A stretch of DNA of 32,000 nucleotides. It comes from Candidatus Saccharimonadota bacterium (lineage in GTDB: Bacteria > Patescibacteriota > Gracilibacteria > BD1-5 > UBA6164). The stretch is from the NCBI GenBank assembly GCA_004563595.2, contig CP042461.1, forward strand, positions 270,001 through 302,000. The letters are read 5' to 3'. Position 1 is the stretch's first letter, and every line of letters starts with the position of its first letter. The position numbers and the translations under genes are program-made. Of this stretch, positions 16,826-28,139 are shown one piece after another. The notes beneath the pieces are model-generated. The model saw nothing but the letters and a program-made list of their open reading frames with translations. It searched no databases and was not told where the DNA came from.

Positions 16826-19051
16826 ATGAACGGAATTTCAGATAAAAATGCAGCTTCTATGGTGAGTCTTAAAAAGACTTATGAAATTGCAGGGGAAAAG
16901 ATTACCTTAGAAACAGGAAAATTAGGACTTCTTATTAATGGTGCAGTAACTATTTCTGATACAAATGATAATATATTATTTGTAACAACTGGTTTCAAAA
17001 CAAAAGGACTCAATGCACAAGCAAGTTTTTTCCCACTGGTAGTTGATTATCAAGAAAAATTTTATGCAACTGGGAAAATTGGAGGAAATAGATTCCAAAG
17101 AAGAGAAGGTCGTCCAAGTGATGCTGCTACTCTTACTGCAAGACTTATAGATAGACCCATTAGACCAATGTTCCCAAAAGGGATTATTAATGATACACAA
17201 GTTATTTGTACTGTCTTATCATCAAACTGAGAAAAAGAACTTGGTTTTTGGGGGATAGTTTGAGCAAGTCTTGGTTTACAAATGGCAGGAGCTCCTTTTG
17301 GGGGGCCAGTTTCATCTTGTAATATAGCTGTAATGGATGATGGATCATATATCTTTAATCCAACAACGATTCAAGAATCTGAAGCCAAATTAAATCTGTT
17401 AACGGCATGAACAAAAGATGCTATTACTATGATTGAAGCAGGAGCAAAAGAAGTGAGTGATGAACTTATGTTAGAAGCTATAGAATATTCTCATAATATT
17501 CTCAAAGAAATTTGTGATGTACAAAAAGATTTTGTAGCTGAGTATGAAAAACAATTTGGGAAAATAGACCAAAAAGAAGCAAGTTTCAATCTTCCAGATG
17601 AAAGTTTGTATGATATAGCAAAAGAATTTTTATCAGAAGATAAACTGATATGTTTATATAATAAATCAAAAATAGACTTTCAAAATGAACTTGATAATTT
17701 AGATGTGATTTTAACAGATTTTTTAACTGAAAAATGACATATTGCAGGTGATGAAGCAAATGAAGAAGTAACTCAAATTAAAGCCTCTGAAGTAGGAAAT
17801 CTTGTTTATAAAAGAGTGAAGGAAATAATGAGAAAAAATATTCTAGAAAAATCTGAAAGATTAGATGGAAGAAAACCAAGAGAAGTAAGAGAAGTAGTAA
17901 GTGAAGTATGACTCCTTCCAAGAACACATGGATCAGCTCTTTTTAGAAGATGAATGACCCAATCATTATCAATAGCGACACTTGGTGGACCAGATGATGA
18001 AATGACACTTGATGGTATGATGCCAGCATGAACAAAAAGATATATTCACCACTATAATTTTCCACCATATTCAGTCTGAGAAGTGAGAATGATGAGAGGA
18101 GTTTGAAGAAGAGAAATTGGTCATGGAGCACTTGCTGAGAGAGCACTTGTACCAGTACTTCCTTCAGAGGAAGAATTCCCATATGTAGTGAGAGTAGTTT
18201 CAGAAATTACTACATGTAATGGGTCAAGTTCTATGGCTTCAATATGTGGTTCTACTTTGAGTCTTATGAATGCAGGAGTTCCTATTAAAACTCCGGTTTG
18301 AGGAGTTGCTATGGGGATGATATATGATGAAGAAACTTGAAAATATGTTATTTTATCTGATATCCAAGCTCAAGAAGATTTCTTATGAGATATGGATTTC
18401 AAAGTAGCAAGAACAAAAAATGGTATTACAGCTATGCAACTTGATGTAAAAATCAAATGACTCAAGTTAGATATTTTTAAAGAAGGTTTTGCTCAATCAA
18501 GTGAGGCAATTGAATACATTCTTGAGAGAATGTTATTGGCTCAACCAGAGGTAGCAACAGAACTTTCTAAATATGCACCTTTGATTATGAACATGCAAGT
18601 GAAAGAAAATGATATCAAGATCGTTATTTGAAAATGAGGTTCAAATGTTCAGAGAATGGAAAAAGATTATGGAGTAAGAATTTCAATTGCAGATGATGGG
18701 ATGACTACCATTACTGCAGAAAACCAAGAAGGTGGAAAAAAAGCTATTGCTGATATTGAAGCATTATTATGGAAACCAACAGAAGGAGAAAAATATGAAT
18801 GAGAAGTAGTGAAAATAATTGATGGGGTTTGAGCTATTGTGGCTTTCAAAAATACATCATGAATGATTCATATTTCAAAGCTTTCAGATACAAGAGTTAC
18901 AAATATTGAAGACGTAGTAAAGGCGTGAGATACTGTTAAATTTGAGGTTATTCAAGTTGATCTTGCAAAAGGAAGAATTGGGCTGAAAAGAATAGTTCCA
19001 GAATCTGAAAAACAAGCAGAAGCGAAAAAAGAAGATAAAACAGAAAAATAA
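16826..19051 (+). CDS. pnp: Polyribonucleotide nucleotidyltransferase (PNPase)
   Basis: 741 aa in table 25. Two RNase PH domains (FFPL.V.Y.EK.YA.GKI.GG..RREGRPS, ...RE.GHG.LAE.AL), a KH domain (IGKGGSNV, TGA at 18629-18631 and 18635-18637) and an S1 domain. It joins track ORFs 16826-17230 and 17429-17737. Ends in TAA. Confidence 0.95.
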
Positions 19052-19055
19052 GAAC

Positions 19056-19096
19056 TAAAAAAATAACCTAAAGCTCAGCTTTAGGTTATTTTTTTA
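19056..19096. terminator. Bidirectional terminator between pnp and the EAL gene
   Basis: ataacctaaagc / gctttaggttat hairpin flanked by an A-run and a T-run. Confidence 0.75.
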
Positions 19097-20023
19097 TTTT
19101 AATTCTATAATTTTTCAACGTTGGATTTGTATATTTTTTGAAGAGATTCAATTTTTTTCTTTGAGAAGTTCTCTTCATTGAAAACATGAACATCATATTT
19201 CTTGTGCTATTTGAATATCATGACGTGTATTTACCCATTCTGCAATAAGAATTGGAGGAATTTTAAATTCTTGTAATATTTGTATGAGCTCTTCTTTTCC
19301 TTCTATTACATCGTGATGATTTATTGGAAGATGTGATAAATATTGAAGGAAACCTCAATATATTTTAATATAATCAAGGGGGATTCAACGTTGTACTAAT
19401 TGTACTAATATTTCACAGCTATGGTTTTCATTATCATTTAAATGAAATCATTTAGAATTGAGTACAAGATCATCAAGAGCAATTTTATAGTGATTTTTCT
19501 TTAATAATTTTAGATTTTTTAAAATTTCCTCAGAGCGATTTATCCAACTATATTCTAGTATTTCGATAATAATATTTTCATGTGGAACTCAGGATTCTCT
19601 ACATTTTTTATTCAGGGTATAAATAAGGTCAGGGTGGGCTAAGTCCTCTGGGAATGTATTAATAGATACGATTTTTTTATTTTTTGAAAGTTTTATTTCT
19701 CATATCGCAATATTAATATTTTTTGAGAAAAGATGAAAAGTAAGTCACAAATCTCTTATATCTTGTAATATAAGTTGCATTTCATCTCATGTAATAGTTT
19801 CTCATGCATCATCAGTAGGGCGAAAAAGTACTTCATCAAATATTCTTCAGTTTTCTCAAAATACTGTTTCAGTATTATAATCAGCATCTTGAATGAGAGT
19901 AGATATAGTCTGCCTCTTACTTAATATCTTATTAACATTTCAAATTACAGGATTTCTATCTCAATAATTTGCATTTATTTGTTCTGGAATATATCAAGGA
20001 AGAGAGTCAAGGAAAGGAGGCAT
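19094..20023 (-). CDS. Stand-alone EAL-domain protein, partly degenerate
   Basis: 309 aa in table 25. EVLFR (EAL..R), SIN, EILE (ExxE), ALDD, IKI(Y), IAEWVN and FQG align with EAL-domain motifs. The D of K-x-D and the second E of EGVE are replaced. Confidence 0.7.
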
Positions 20024-20122
20024 AGAGTTTGTTTTATTGATAAACTATATCAGTATGATTTTTTCTATCTAGTACTTTATCAGATTTTATCTATTTGTAA
20101 ACTCTTTTTTATATATTGAATT

Positions 20123-20791
20123 TTATAATTCTAATATATATCATTTATTGATTTTAGTTTTGAGAGAAAAATCATCTCAAAGTTTTTTTCTTACTTTAGA
20201 TATTGTTACGTTTATAGTATTATCTGAAACTCATAGATAGCCATCTTCTCACCATATTTTTTGAATAAACTCATCTTTTTGAACAAGTTTTCATATATTT
20301 GATAAGAATAACTCCACAATAAGGTCTTCTGTTTTTGTAAGATGGATTTTCTTACCTCATACTTGGACTTCTTTTGAGTTTAGATTTAAACATATATTTT
20401 TATATTGAATATTTCAATTATATTTCAACATGGGGTTTCTTCTTGATAAGGCTTTTACTCTTGCTATAAGCTCTTCGGGTTGAAATGGCTTTGCGAGATA
20501 GTCATCTGCACCAAGGTCAAGTCAATACACTTTTTTTTCAGTATCATTATATCAAGACATGATAATAATAGGAGTAGAGCTATGTTTTTCGTTTCTTAAC
20601 CATTTAATGATCTCAAAACCACTCCCATCTCAAAGACAGAGATCTATAATATATAAATCACGCTCTTCATAATCATGGTTTATAAATTCCTGAAGCGAAT
20701 TATAGACTGTTACTCAGTATCCATTTTTTTCTAATTTTCTTTTTATTCTTGAAGCAAGTACTACTTCATCATCAATTATTGATATATTCAT
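20123..20791 (-). CDS. OmpR/PhoB-family response regulator
   Basis: Receiver domain (IIDDE, IIDL.LGDGSG, KPF) plus a winged-helix domain (LTKTE..L...L......V....I...W, ...V.ISKVRKKL). 222 aa. Confidence 0.88.
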
Positions 20792-20915
20792 TTGATAGAG
20801 TTAAAGTTATTTTATATAAAAATAATACCTTAAATAATTATTAAGTCAATATTAAGTGATAAAATATATTATTTCAATCATTATACTCATCTTATATTAA
20901 CATAGCATTAATTTT

Positions 20916-20950
20916 TGTAACATTTTTGAAAAATGTTACAGTTTTGTAAC
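20916..20950. promoter_or_regulatory. TGTAACA operator cluster in the divergent promoter region
   Basis: TGTAACATTTTT-G-AAAAATGTTACA forms perfect 12-bp arms (20916-20940). A third TGTAAC lies at 20945-20950. Confidence 0.55.
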
Positions 20951-20995
20951 TATGTCTCATTATAAATACTATTATTAACAAATAATATTTAAAAT

Positions 20996-21727
20996 ATGGA
21001 ATTAAAATCTTATAAATGTGCGAGGGAAGTGCCAGATAAATATTTATGATCTTTTGTGGATTCTCAGATTGAGTGTTGGTGAAGTAGTCCTTTTAATCAG
21101 TTTAAAATTTGTACAAACCTTCATTGTTTAAGAAGTTATTCTATAGATGAGGTATGTGGAAATATTTATTCATATAGGTCCTGATATATTTGAAAAGAAT
21201 TTATATGTCCAAATTGTAACTCTGATACAAGTTACATATATGAAAAATGAATTCATTTAAAAATTATTAGGAACTATATTAATAGTTATATAAGTATTAC
21301 ACTCGTTATTTTGAATAACAATAAAGTAGAATGATTTTGAGTAATATCCAAAATATCACTTCATGAGATCATACAAAAGGATTTATGAATTATGAAGTGA
21401 GGCTATGATCCAGATTATTTGTTACAGCTTCTCTCAGAAGAAAGTGGTAAGTTACATAGCTCTATGTCAACAAACTTTGTATATTTTCATCACATATATA
21501 TATCACCATTTTTAAAAAAGTGAAATATGTCATTTGATGTATTAAAAAAATTATTTTTATTAAATGAGGAATATAAAGGGTTGCCTGTAATTTTAGAAAT
21601 GAAAGATCAGACAGATATATATGAACTATTTTTGAAGATATGATTTAAAAATTTGTTAGATGATAAACAGGGAAACAATATTCTTTACTTAGAAGATTAC
21701 TCGACAGTGATTCAGTATTTTTCTTAA
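20996..21727 (+). CDS. Hypothetical protein with an N-terminal Cys-rich (zinc-ribbon-like) region and a GNAT-like C-terminal segment
   Basis: 243 aa in table 25. C..E....C, CTNLHC and CPNC motifs. The C-terminal ...IYELFLKIGFKNL resembles the end of GNAT motif B. Confidence 0.5.
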
Positions 21728-21754
21728 TTATTTTATTATATAATTTATACTATT

Positions 21755-22597
21755 ATGCTATCAAACAATGTATGAAGTGCACCAATGCAAACTAAATGAG
21801 GAACTATTGAGAAATGTGATGTAAGTAAGTTAACAGAATGAGATATTAAAAAAATACAAGAAATAGAGCAAGATTCATGGGGTTATTTTGTATGAGAGTA
21901 TGTTTCATGTAACTCATGTAAAAATATTGATTCAAAAGCGGATATATATAAAGATAAAGACTCGAACTATTCAAATAAATCTATTGCTGAATTAGAAAAG
22001 ATTTATTGATGTGATGATATTCATTGTACCTCATGCTGATGAGAGACTCAGTTTTTACGGGGAGAAGAGTGAGTCAAAGACATAAAGTCTAGGTTATATG
22101 ACAGCAAGGATTGATATGTGTCTGTATTAAAGAATAAAGTTTGAGAAATTATGTGATGTGCATATTGATATGTAGATACTTTTGAATGAGCTTTTGAAAA
22201 AGATCTGAGTTTTAGTTTTTCAAAAGAATTTTTACAAAAATATGACTCACTTAGAAATGAAACTGTATTTATGGTATCATGAATTTGTATTGAGGAAAAA
22301 TGTAAAGGTATTGATGATGTTTACAATTTAATAAGGGGGTTTTTCAGCTCAGTTGATAATAAGTACGATAATATTTTATGAGTATATGAGTCTATTGTAT
22401 GAACTTTAACATATGATCTTTTCATTAAAATATGAGGCCAAAGATTATTATTGCCTGAAAATGGAAGACATTTTTACAACAAAGATCTTACACGTATGAA
22501 TACCATTACTGATGTTACTTTTCATAAGGGCTTAGTACAAGATTATAAAAAGCTTATAGATGTACCATTTCGTGATCTAATAGCAAAAGGGAGATAA
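21755..22597 (+). CDS. Hypothetical protein, possible GNAT-like acyltransferase with an inserted CxxC...CxxC zinc ribbon
   Basis: 280 aa in table 25. ...IQEIEQDSWGYFVGEYVSCNSC...HCTSCGG..., SVLKNKVGEIMGCAYGYV and VSGICIEEKCKG are GNAT-like strands. The call is weak. Confidence 0.45.
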
Positions 22598-22706
22598 GAG
22601 AATAATATGCAGATAAAATAAATGTGAAATAATATGATTTTTGAATATAATGGAATTCTTCAATATAACCAAATGTAAGAAAACTTAATTTTTTTTATTT
22701 AAAATT

Positions 22707-24803
22707 ATGTCCATATTCATATTATTCCACATTATTTTTGTCAGTGCACTATTTTTATTGTGATTTTTTGTTTATAAAAAATATAGGCAGACAAGTGGGA
22801 TATTTTTCTTAAGCTTTTGTTTGCTTTTTTGAATTTGGTATATCCTCTATACAATCATCTATTCGGTACTTTTATGAGAATATTATACTCTCCATTTGAT
22901 GCGAATCATGTATGCAATGTCTTTTACTGCTATTTATAGCATGCTGTTTTTTGTATTATTTTTTAATGTAAATAAGAAAAAAACGAAGATAATTCGTAGG
23001 TGCATTGGTCTCTCCCTTTTTATGATATTTTTATATGTTTCAATGACATCTCTTTTTGTAGATCATATAGAGTATATTGAAAGTAAGGAATATTATTTGG
23101 AAGTCTATTGACCTTTATACAAAATACTAGCAACTTTATATCTTGCGTTTTTACCAATATTTTTTGTTGCATCTTATTACAAAATAAAATCTCTTACATA
23201 TATCAATAAAATGAGATTAAAATACATTTGTATTGGATTTACTTTATTTATGATTTTCTCTCTTTTATTTTTAATAATTTTTCCATTATTCTGAAAATTT
23301 TATTTTATTGAGAATATTATATTTTTTATAACCCCATTTATTGGTTTTACTTTTTATTCTACATATACGTATAGGTTCTCAGATGTAAAAGTTAAAATAG
23401 GGAGTATTTTAGTATTCTTATTGTCTGCTTTTTGGGCAATGGTAATGGTAAATTTAATAAATTATTTTTATAGTAATTTATGAGAAAATTATGCAGCACT
23501 ATGGGGACTTAACTCTAGTTTTTGAGCAGCTGAAGTATTATTAGGTATTCTTTTTTATATTCCATTAAATAAATATTTTAGTAATATTTTTTTAAAGAAT
23601 ATGAAAGGGGATAATTTTTGAAAAAGACTGTGAAGATTAAAAAAATCTATACCGTTTATTACAAACCTCTCAGATCTAAATTCATATTTATGAATAAAGT
23701 TATTAAAGTATTTTAGAATAAATAATGTAGAGGTAAAAATATTTAATAAAGATGAAAAGAAAAAGTCTGTAATATATAAATTTTTTTCCGAAAATACTTT
23801 AGATGATATTTTCCTCAATGAATTAGTGTTCATTGAGGAAAACAAACATAAGTTTAATTATTCTTTATTAAAAAATGAGATTGATGAAGGAGTTTTTTTG
23901 GTGTTCCCAATTTATGATAATAAGAAATGACTGATATGAATTTTTACACTTTGAAAGAAACCGTTTGGGGACTTATATTCTAATAATGAAATAAATCAAT
24001 TAAAGGAATTGATAGTATTTCTAGAAGGGCATTTAAAGTATATAAAAATTTATTGAAAAATAAATGATTTAACTGTGAATTTAGATAAAAAAATTGATGA
24101 GAAAACGATGGAATATAATAACCTTATCAATAAACAAAAAGAGTTTATTTCTATGATTTCTCATGAAATAAAATGACCGATAGCAAGTTCTATATTCCAG
24201 GCAGATTGTATACTTGATGATGTTGGGTCATGAGACTGTAGTAAAGAAGAACTTACAAAAGAGCTTACAATCTTAAATGAGCAACTTTTAAAATCATGAG
24301 ATTTAATTAACAAACTATTCTCTGTTCAATACTACGATTCAAATAGCTTTGACTTATTTAAAGAAGAGATTAATTTAGATTATTTATTTGAATGAGAAAT
24401 AGAAGTATACAAAAAACTGCATCCTCATATAGAATTTAGATTAGATATAGAAGAGGAGGTTTGATTTATCAGAATTGATAAAGTTCAGTTTAAACAAGTT
24501 ATTGATAATCTCCTTACTAATGCAGTAAAATTTATTACCCACGATAAGGGGAAAATTCATATAAACCTTTGCATGAAAAATAAGGAATTAATAGTTGAAA
24601 TTATGGATAATGGGAAAGGGTTTAAACACATAGATATAAGTACTATCTTTGATAAATATTCAACTTGAAAGACTTCTATGATTTGATTATGAATGGGACT
24701 ATATTTATGTAAAAGAATTGTGGAATTACATGGCGGTGAGATAAAAGCAAGTACGTCAAAAGAACTTTGATGAGCAAAATTTGAAATAAAGATACCAGTA
24801 TAG
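22707..24803 (+). CDS. Sensor histidine kinase with a multi-pass membrane N-terminus
   Basis: 698 aa in table 25. H-box FISMISHEIKGPIAS, N-box LLTNAVKF, G-boxes DNGKGF and GLGMGLYLCKRIVELHGGEI. Ends in TAG. Confidence 0.9.
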
Positions 24804-24816
24804 TATTTTTTAACAT

Positions 24817-25527
24817 ATGAACAATATGAATATATTGATTATTGAAGATGATGTCTTTTTAGCTGCAAGATTAAAACAAGTTTTTGAAAAAAAAATTATA
24901 TCAAATAGAATAAAAATTGTAAATTCATATATAGATTTTATAGAAGAAATAAGTATTTTAAGTTCATATGATATTGTTCTTACTGATATAAAATTATGAA
25001 ATGAAAAACAAAAAAATTGAATCAATATAGTAGAAGTAATTCGTAGAAATCAAATCTCAATACCAATCATTGTTATGAGCTGCTTTTCAGATACGGATTG
25101 GATTGAAAGAGCATTTAATACCTGAGCAAATGACTATATAATAAAACCATTTCGATTAAAAGAATTAGAGCTCAGAGTGCAAAATTGGTTTAAAGCATAT
25201 TATATCCCATCACAGCAAAATACAGCTACAGTTCTGGAGTATTGAGGGCTATCATATAATATTGAAGTAAATGATTTTTTTTATTGAGAAGAAGTACTAG
25301 TACTGACAAAAAAGTCTAAATATATACTTTCTATCTTTTTTTCGAAACCCGATATTTTAATATCAGAGGATATCTTTATAGATAAAATATGGTGAGATGC
25401 ATTTTTAATAAAAGATAGAAACTTGCGAGTTTGTATGTTACGATTAAAAAGAGGATTGGAGCCATATTGAATCGATCATTGGATTATAAATATCAGATGA
25501 GAAGGTTATATTTTAAAAAAAACTTAA
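24817..25527 (+). CDS. OmpR/PhoB-family response regulator, cognate to the upstream kinase
   Basis: ILIIEDD, VLTDIKLG and KPF motifs, with a winged-helix C-terminal domain. The alternative start is ATG 24826. Ends in TAA at 25525-25527. Confidence 0.88.
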
Positions 25528-25613
25528 TTTTTGTACTTTAATACATTGATATTTTGATATTATTTCAAGAATAATGTATAATATATAATAATAGTATTTA
25601 AATAAATAAAAAT

Positions 25614-26162
25614 ATGTTAGAGAAAGAAATAAAGATATTAGATATAAATATTGATGAGGTGTGTAAAAAAATAGAAAAATTATGAGGTACCAGGACATTT
25701 GATGGAATTATACATGATGTATATTATGATTTTCCAAATGATGGAAAGAAACATAAGATGGAAGGGAATAAAAGAATGTTTAGAGTAAGGAAAAAATGAG
25801 AAACACATTTATATACTATAAAGAATAAGAGAAAAGATGTTGAAGAGGTAGAAAACGTTGTTGCAAAAGATGAACATGAAATGGAAATAACGGATGTTGA
25901 TAGTTTTACCGAAGTGTTAGAAAGATATGGAATGATCAAAACAAGGGAGAAAATAAAGTATAGAATCTCATATCAACTTGCTTGAGCAGAATTTGACATT
26001 GATAAATATGATGATATTCCTGCTATTCTTGAAATAGAAGAGGATAGTGATAAGAGTATAGAATTCTGGGTAAGAAGACTTGAACTGGATGCCTATGAAC
26101 AATTACTTGGATGATCAAGAAAATTATTTAAACATTATGGGGTTCCATATCTACATTTATAA
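25614..26162 (+). CDS. CYTH-domain protein (CyaB-type / triphosphate tunnel metalloenzyme)
   Basis: EKEIKILD (ExExK), ...MFRVRKKG..LYTIKNK..., KTREKIKYRI and AILEIEE follow the CYTH strand pattern. 182 aa. Confidence 0.8.
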
Positions 26163-26165
26163 TAA

Positions 26166-26196
26166 AAAAGCTATAAAATAATTTTATAGCTTTTTT
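26166..26196 (+). terminator. Intrinsic terminator
   Basis: aaaagctataaaa / ttttatagctttt hairpin followed by a T-run. Confidence 0.7.
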
Positions 26197-26204
26197 ATTA
26201 TAAA

Positions 26205-26222
26205 TGTAACACTTTTGTAACA
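26205..26222 (+). promoter_or_regulatory. Two direct TGTAACA boxes spaced 11 bp apart, upstream of the AdoMetDC-like gene
   Basis: TGTAACA at 26205-26211 and 26216-26222. This is the same heptamer as in the 20916-20950 operator cluster. Confidence 0.5.
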
Positions 26223-26303
26223 TAGAGTGGATATTATAAGAAGTGCACAAACGAAAGCACAAAAGTACGTATAATAAAATAAGACAAGACAAGGGGCAGG
26301 AAA

Positions 26304-27191
26304 ATGAATGCAGTACTAGAACGTCCACAACAAATAGCTGAGATAAAAATAAAAACAAATGAAATCATAGATTTAGCACCACAAATCTTGAGACAAAGAC
26401 TACGAATGGAAGGAAATTATTCTATTCAAGTTGATGGAGATACTGTTTCTAGGTATTTAAACAAATTATCAGAACTTTTAGGTATGGAGATTACTCATGG
26501 ACCTGAAATACAAAATGATGCGGAGATAATAAACCCTATTCATAAAGGTTTTGAAGGAATAATGATGATGTCTGGTGCAAGTACACATGCATATACTTGG
26601 GAATTAGGGAATTTCTTTTCCATTGATGTATATTCATGTAAATCATATGACATGTCGGCTATACTTGAATTCACAAAAATGTTTTTCGAAGTGACTCGGC
26701 TTCGATATCAACCAACGAATTCTCGTGATGGTACCAACAACTTGACTTTTGATAATAATCATGTAGAAAAAATGGCTAAATCAAATATATTTGATTTAGC
26801 CCCAAAAATATTGCGGCAACGGACACGAATAGAGGGAACATATGTAATTGATATTAGAAAAGATACTCTGAAAAAATATATGGTTGAATTATCTGAATTT
26901 TTAGGCATGCACATTACACATGGACCTGTTATTCAAAATGATGCAGAAATAGTCAGTAATCCAATACATGTAGGGTTTAAGGGTGTTATGATGTGGGCTG
27001 AGTCTGGTACACATGCATATACATGGGAGAAAGAAAAGTTTTTTTTAATTGATGTATATTCATGCAGCTTATATAATACTAAAATGGTGCTTGAATTTAC
27101 TAGAAACTTTTTTCAGGCTACCACAATTGGATATGAAGCAACGCATTCTCGTAATGGTCCAAATAATTTAACTATTATGCCTATTTCTTGA
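26304..27191 (+). CDS. Tandem-duplicated S-adenosylmethionine-decarboxylase-like (pyruvoyl-enzyme fold) protein. TGA-free, with a fossil TGA stop.
   Basis: 295-aa standard-code ORF. Two repeats (nt 26367-26747 and 26790-27173) share about 76 of 128 residues by hand alignment. Each carries THAYTWE....IDVYSC, which resembles ESH.(S/T)IHTWPE....(D)V(F/Y)TC of prokaryotic AdoMetDC. Glu-Ser is present only in repeat 2 (27000-27005). All 17 Gly codons are GGN. The TGA at 27189-27191 sits just before a terminator. Table 25 would extend the ORF to TAA 27261-27263. Confidence 0.6.
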   Translation: MNAVLERPQQIAEIKIKTNEIIDLAPQILRQRLRMEGNYSIQVDGDTVSRYLNKLSELLGMEITHGPEIQNDAEIINPIHKGFEGIMMMSGASTHAYTWELGNFFSIDVYSCKSYDMSAILEFTKMFFEVTRLRYQPTNSRDGTNNLTFDNNHVEKMAKSNIFDLAPKILRQRTRIEGTYVIDIRKDTLKKYMVELSEFLGMHITHGPVIQNDAEIVSNPIHVGFKGVMMWAESGTHAYTWEKEKFFLIDVYSCSLYNTKMVLEFTRNFFQATTIGYEATHSRNGPNNLTIMPIS

Positions 27192-27209
27192 ATTGCATAC
27201 ATGGAAAAC

Positions 27210-27246
27210 AAAAAAATACCTTACGTTTTAGTAAGGTATTTTTTTA
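27210..27246. terminator. Bidirectional terminator between the AdoMetDC-like and VTC genes
   Basis: ataccttac / gtaaggtat hairpin flanked by an A-run and a T-run. Confidence 0.75.
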
Positions 27247-28035
27247 TTTCATTTCATTTTTAATATTTTCAATTTCTTTCATTGTATCTTTAAATGTATT
27301 GTATTTTTTTGCAAGTCATGAATAGACGACTCAAAGCGAATACTTACTACAAGATTTTGCTTGTTTAAAACCATGTTTTTCCATTATCTCTAGACTTTTA
27401 CAGTTTGTTTCAAGAGATTTACTTTCGATAATTACAAGGTTTTTTAAATTTGTTTCTGATGCATCTTCATCTCTGAGATCAAGAGTCCTAATATCAAAAT
27501 CAATAGTAAGTCTTTCTCCTCATAATCTATCAACGAGGGTAATTCTTTTATATCTTGTTTTAATAGCAGGGAAGATCTTTGGAACCTTTACAGTACTATC
27601 ATACATACTTTGCCATACTCATTCGAAAAATCTTTTTTTTCATTTTGTCATTTTCCCGTGTTCATCACTTGGAAATTCATACCTATATTTACTTGTGATA
27701 CCATTTTCTTTTTGTTTATATTCAAAGAATGCAAGATCAGAATCTTTATAGAGTCTTGTTCTGACTTTTGTTCTTGCTTTTTGCTTATTTTCATGTTGAT
27801 TATAGAAAAAATAATCATCTGTATCCATATAAACATTATCGTATGAAAATACTTTTTTATCTACGATTTGCAAAACTTGAAAATTTTCTTTGAGTTCTTC
27901 TAACACTTCTGAAAATTGTTTTCAAGTGAGTAGAAATTTTCTATCAATTCTTTTTAAAAAGCTTGCTGACGCGTTTAATTCAGTCAGAGTGATAGATGAG
28001 AAATTATTTAATTTAGAGTCAAACGTTGTTGCCAT
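27244..28035 (-). CDS. VTC-domain (polyphosphate-polymerase-like, CYTH-superfamily) protein
   Basis: 263 aa in table 25. RIDRKFL, Y.N.YMDT, R.K.R.R.Y, EYK.K, RITL....ER.T.D, IIESK and SKYS follow the VTC/TTM strand pattern. It contains track ORF 27640-27906. Confidence 0.65.
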
Positions 28036-28139
28036 TTTGTATTTGTTTTAAAAAATAATTGTTTTTTTGTAAGCTAAGATGTCTTATATAAAAATTATAT
28101 CATATATATTTTTTTTGGTCAAAAATTTGAATACCTTTT

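Noticed and set aside
15076-18849. Track ORFs 15076-15273(-), 15881-16207(-), 16976-17200(-), 17943-18182(-) and 18667-18849(-)
   Set aside because: They lie antisense within the AI-2E, trpS and pnp CDSs. They are artefacts of AT-rich sequence translated with the standard code.
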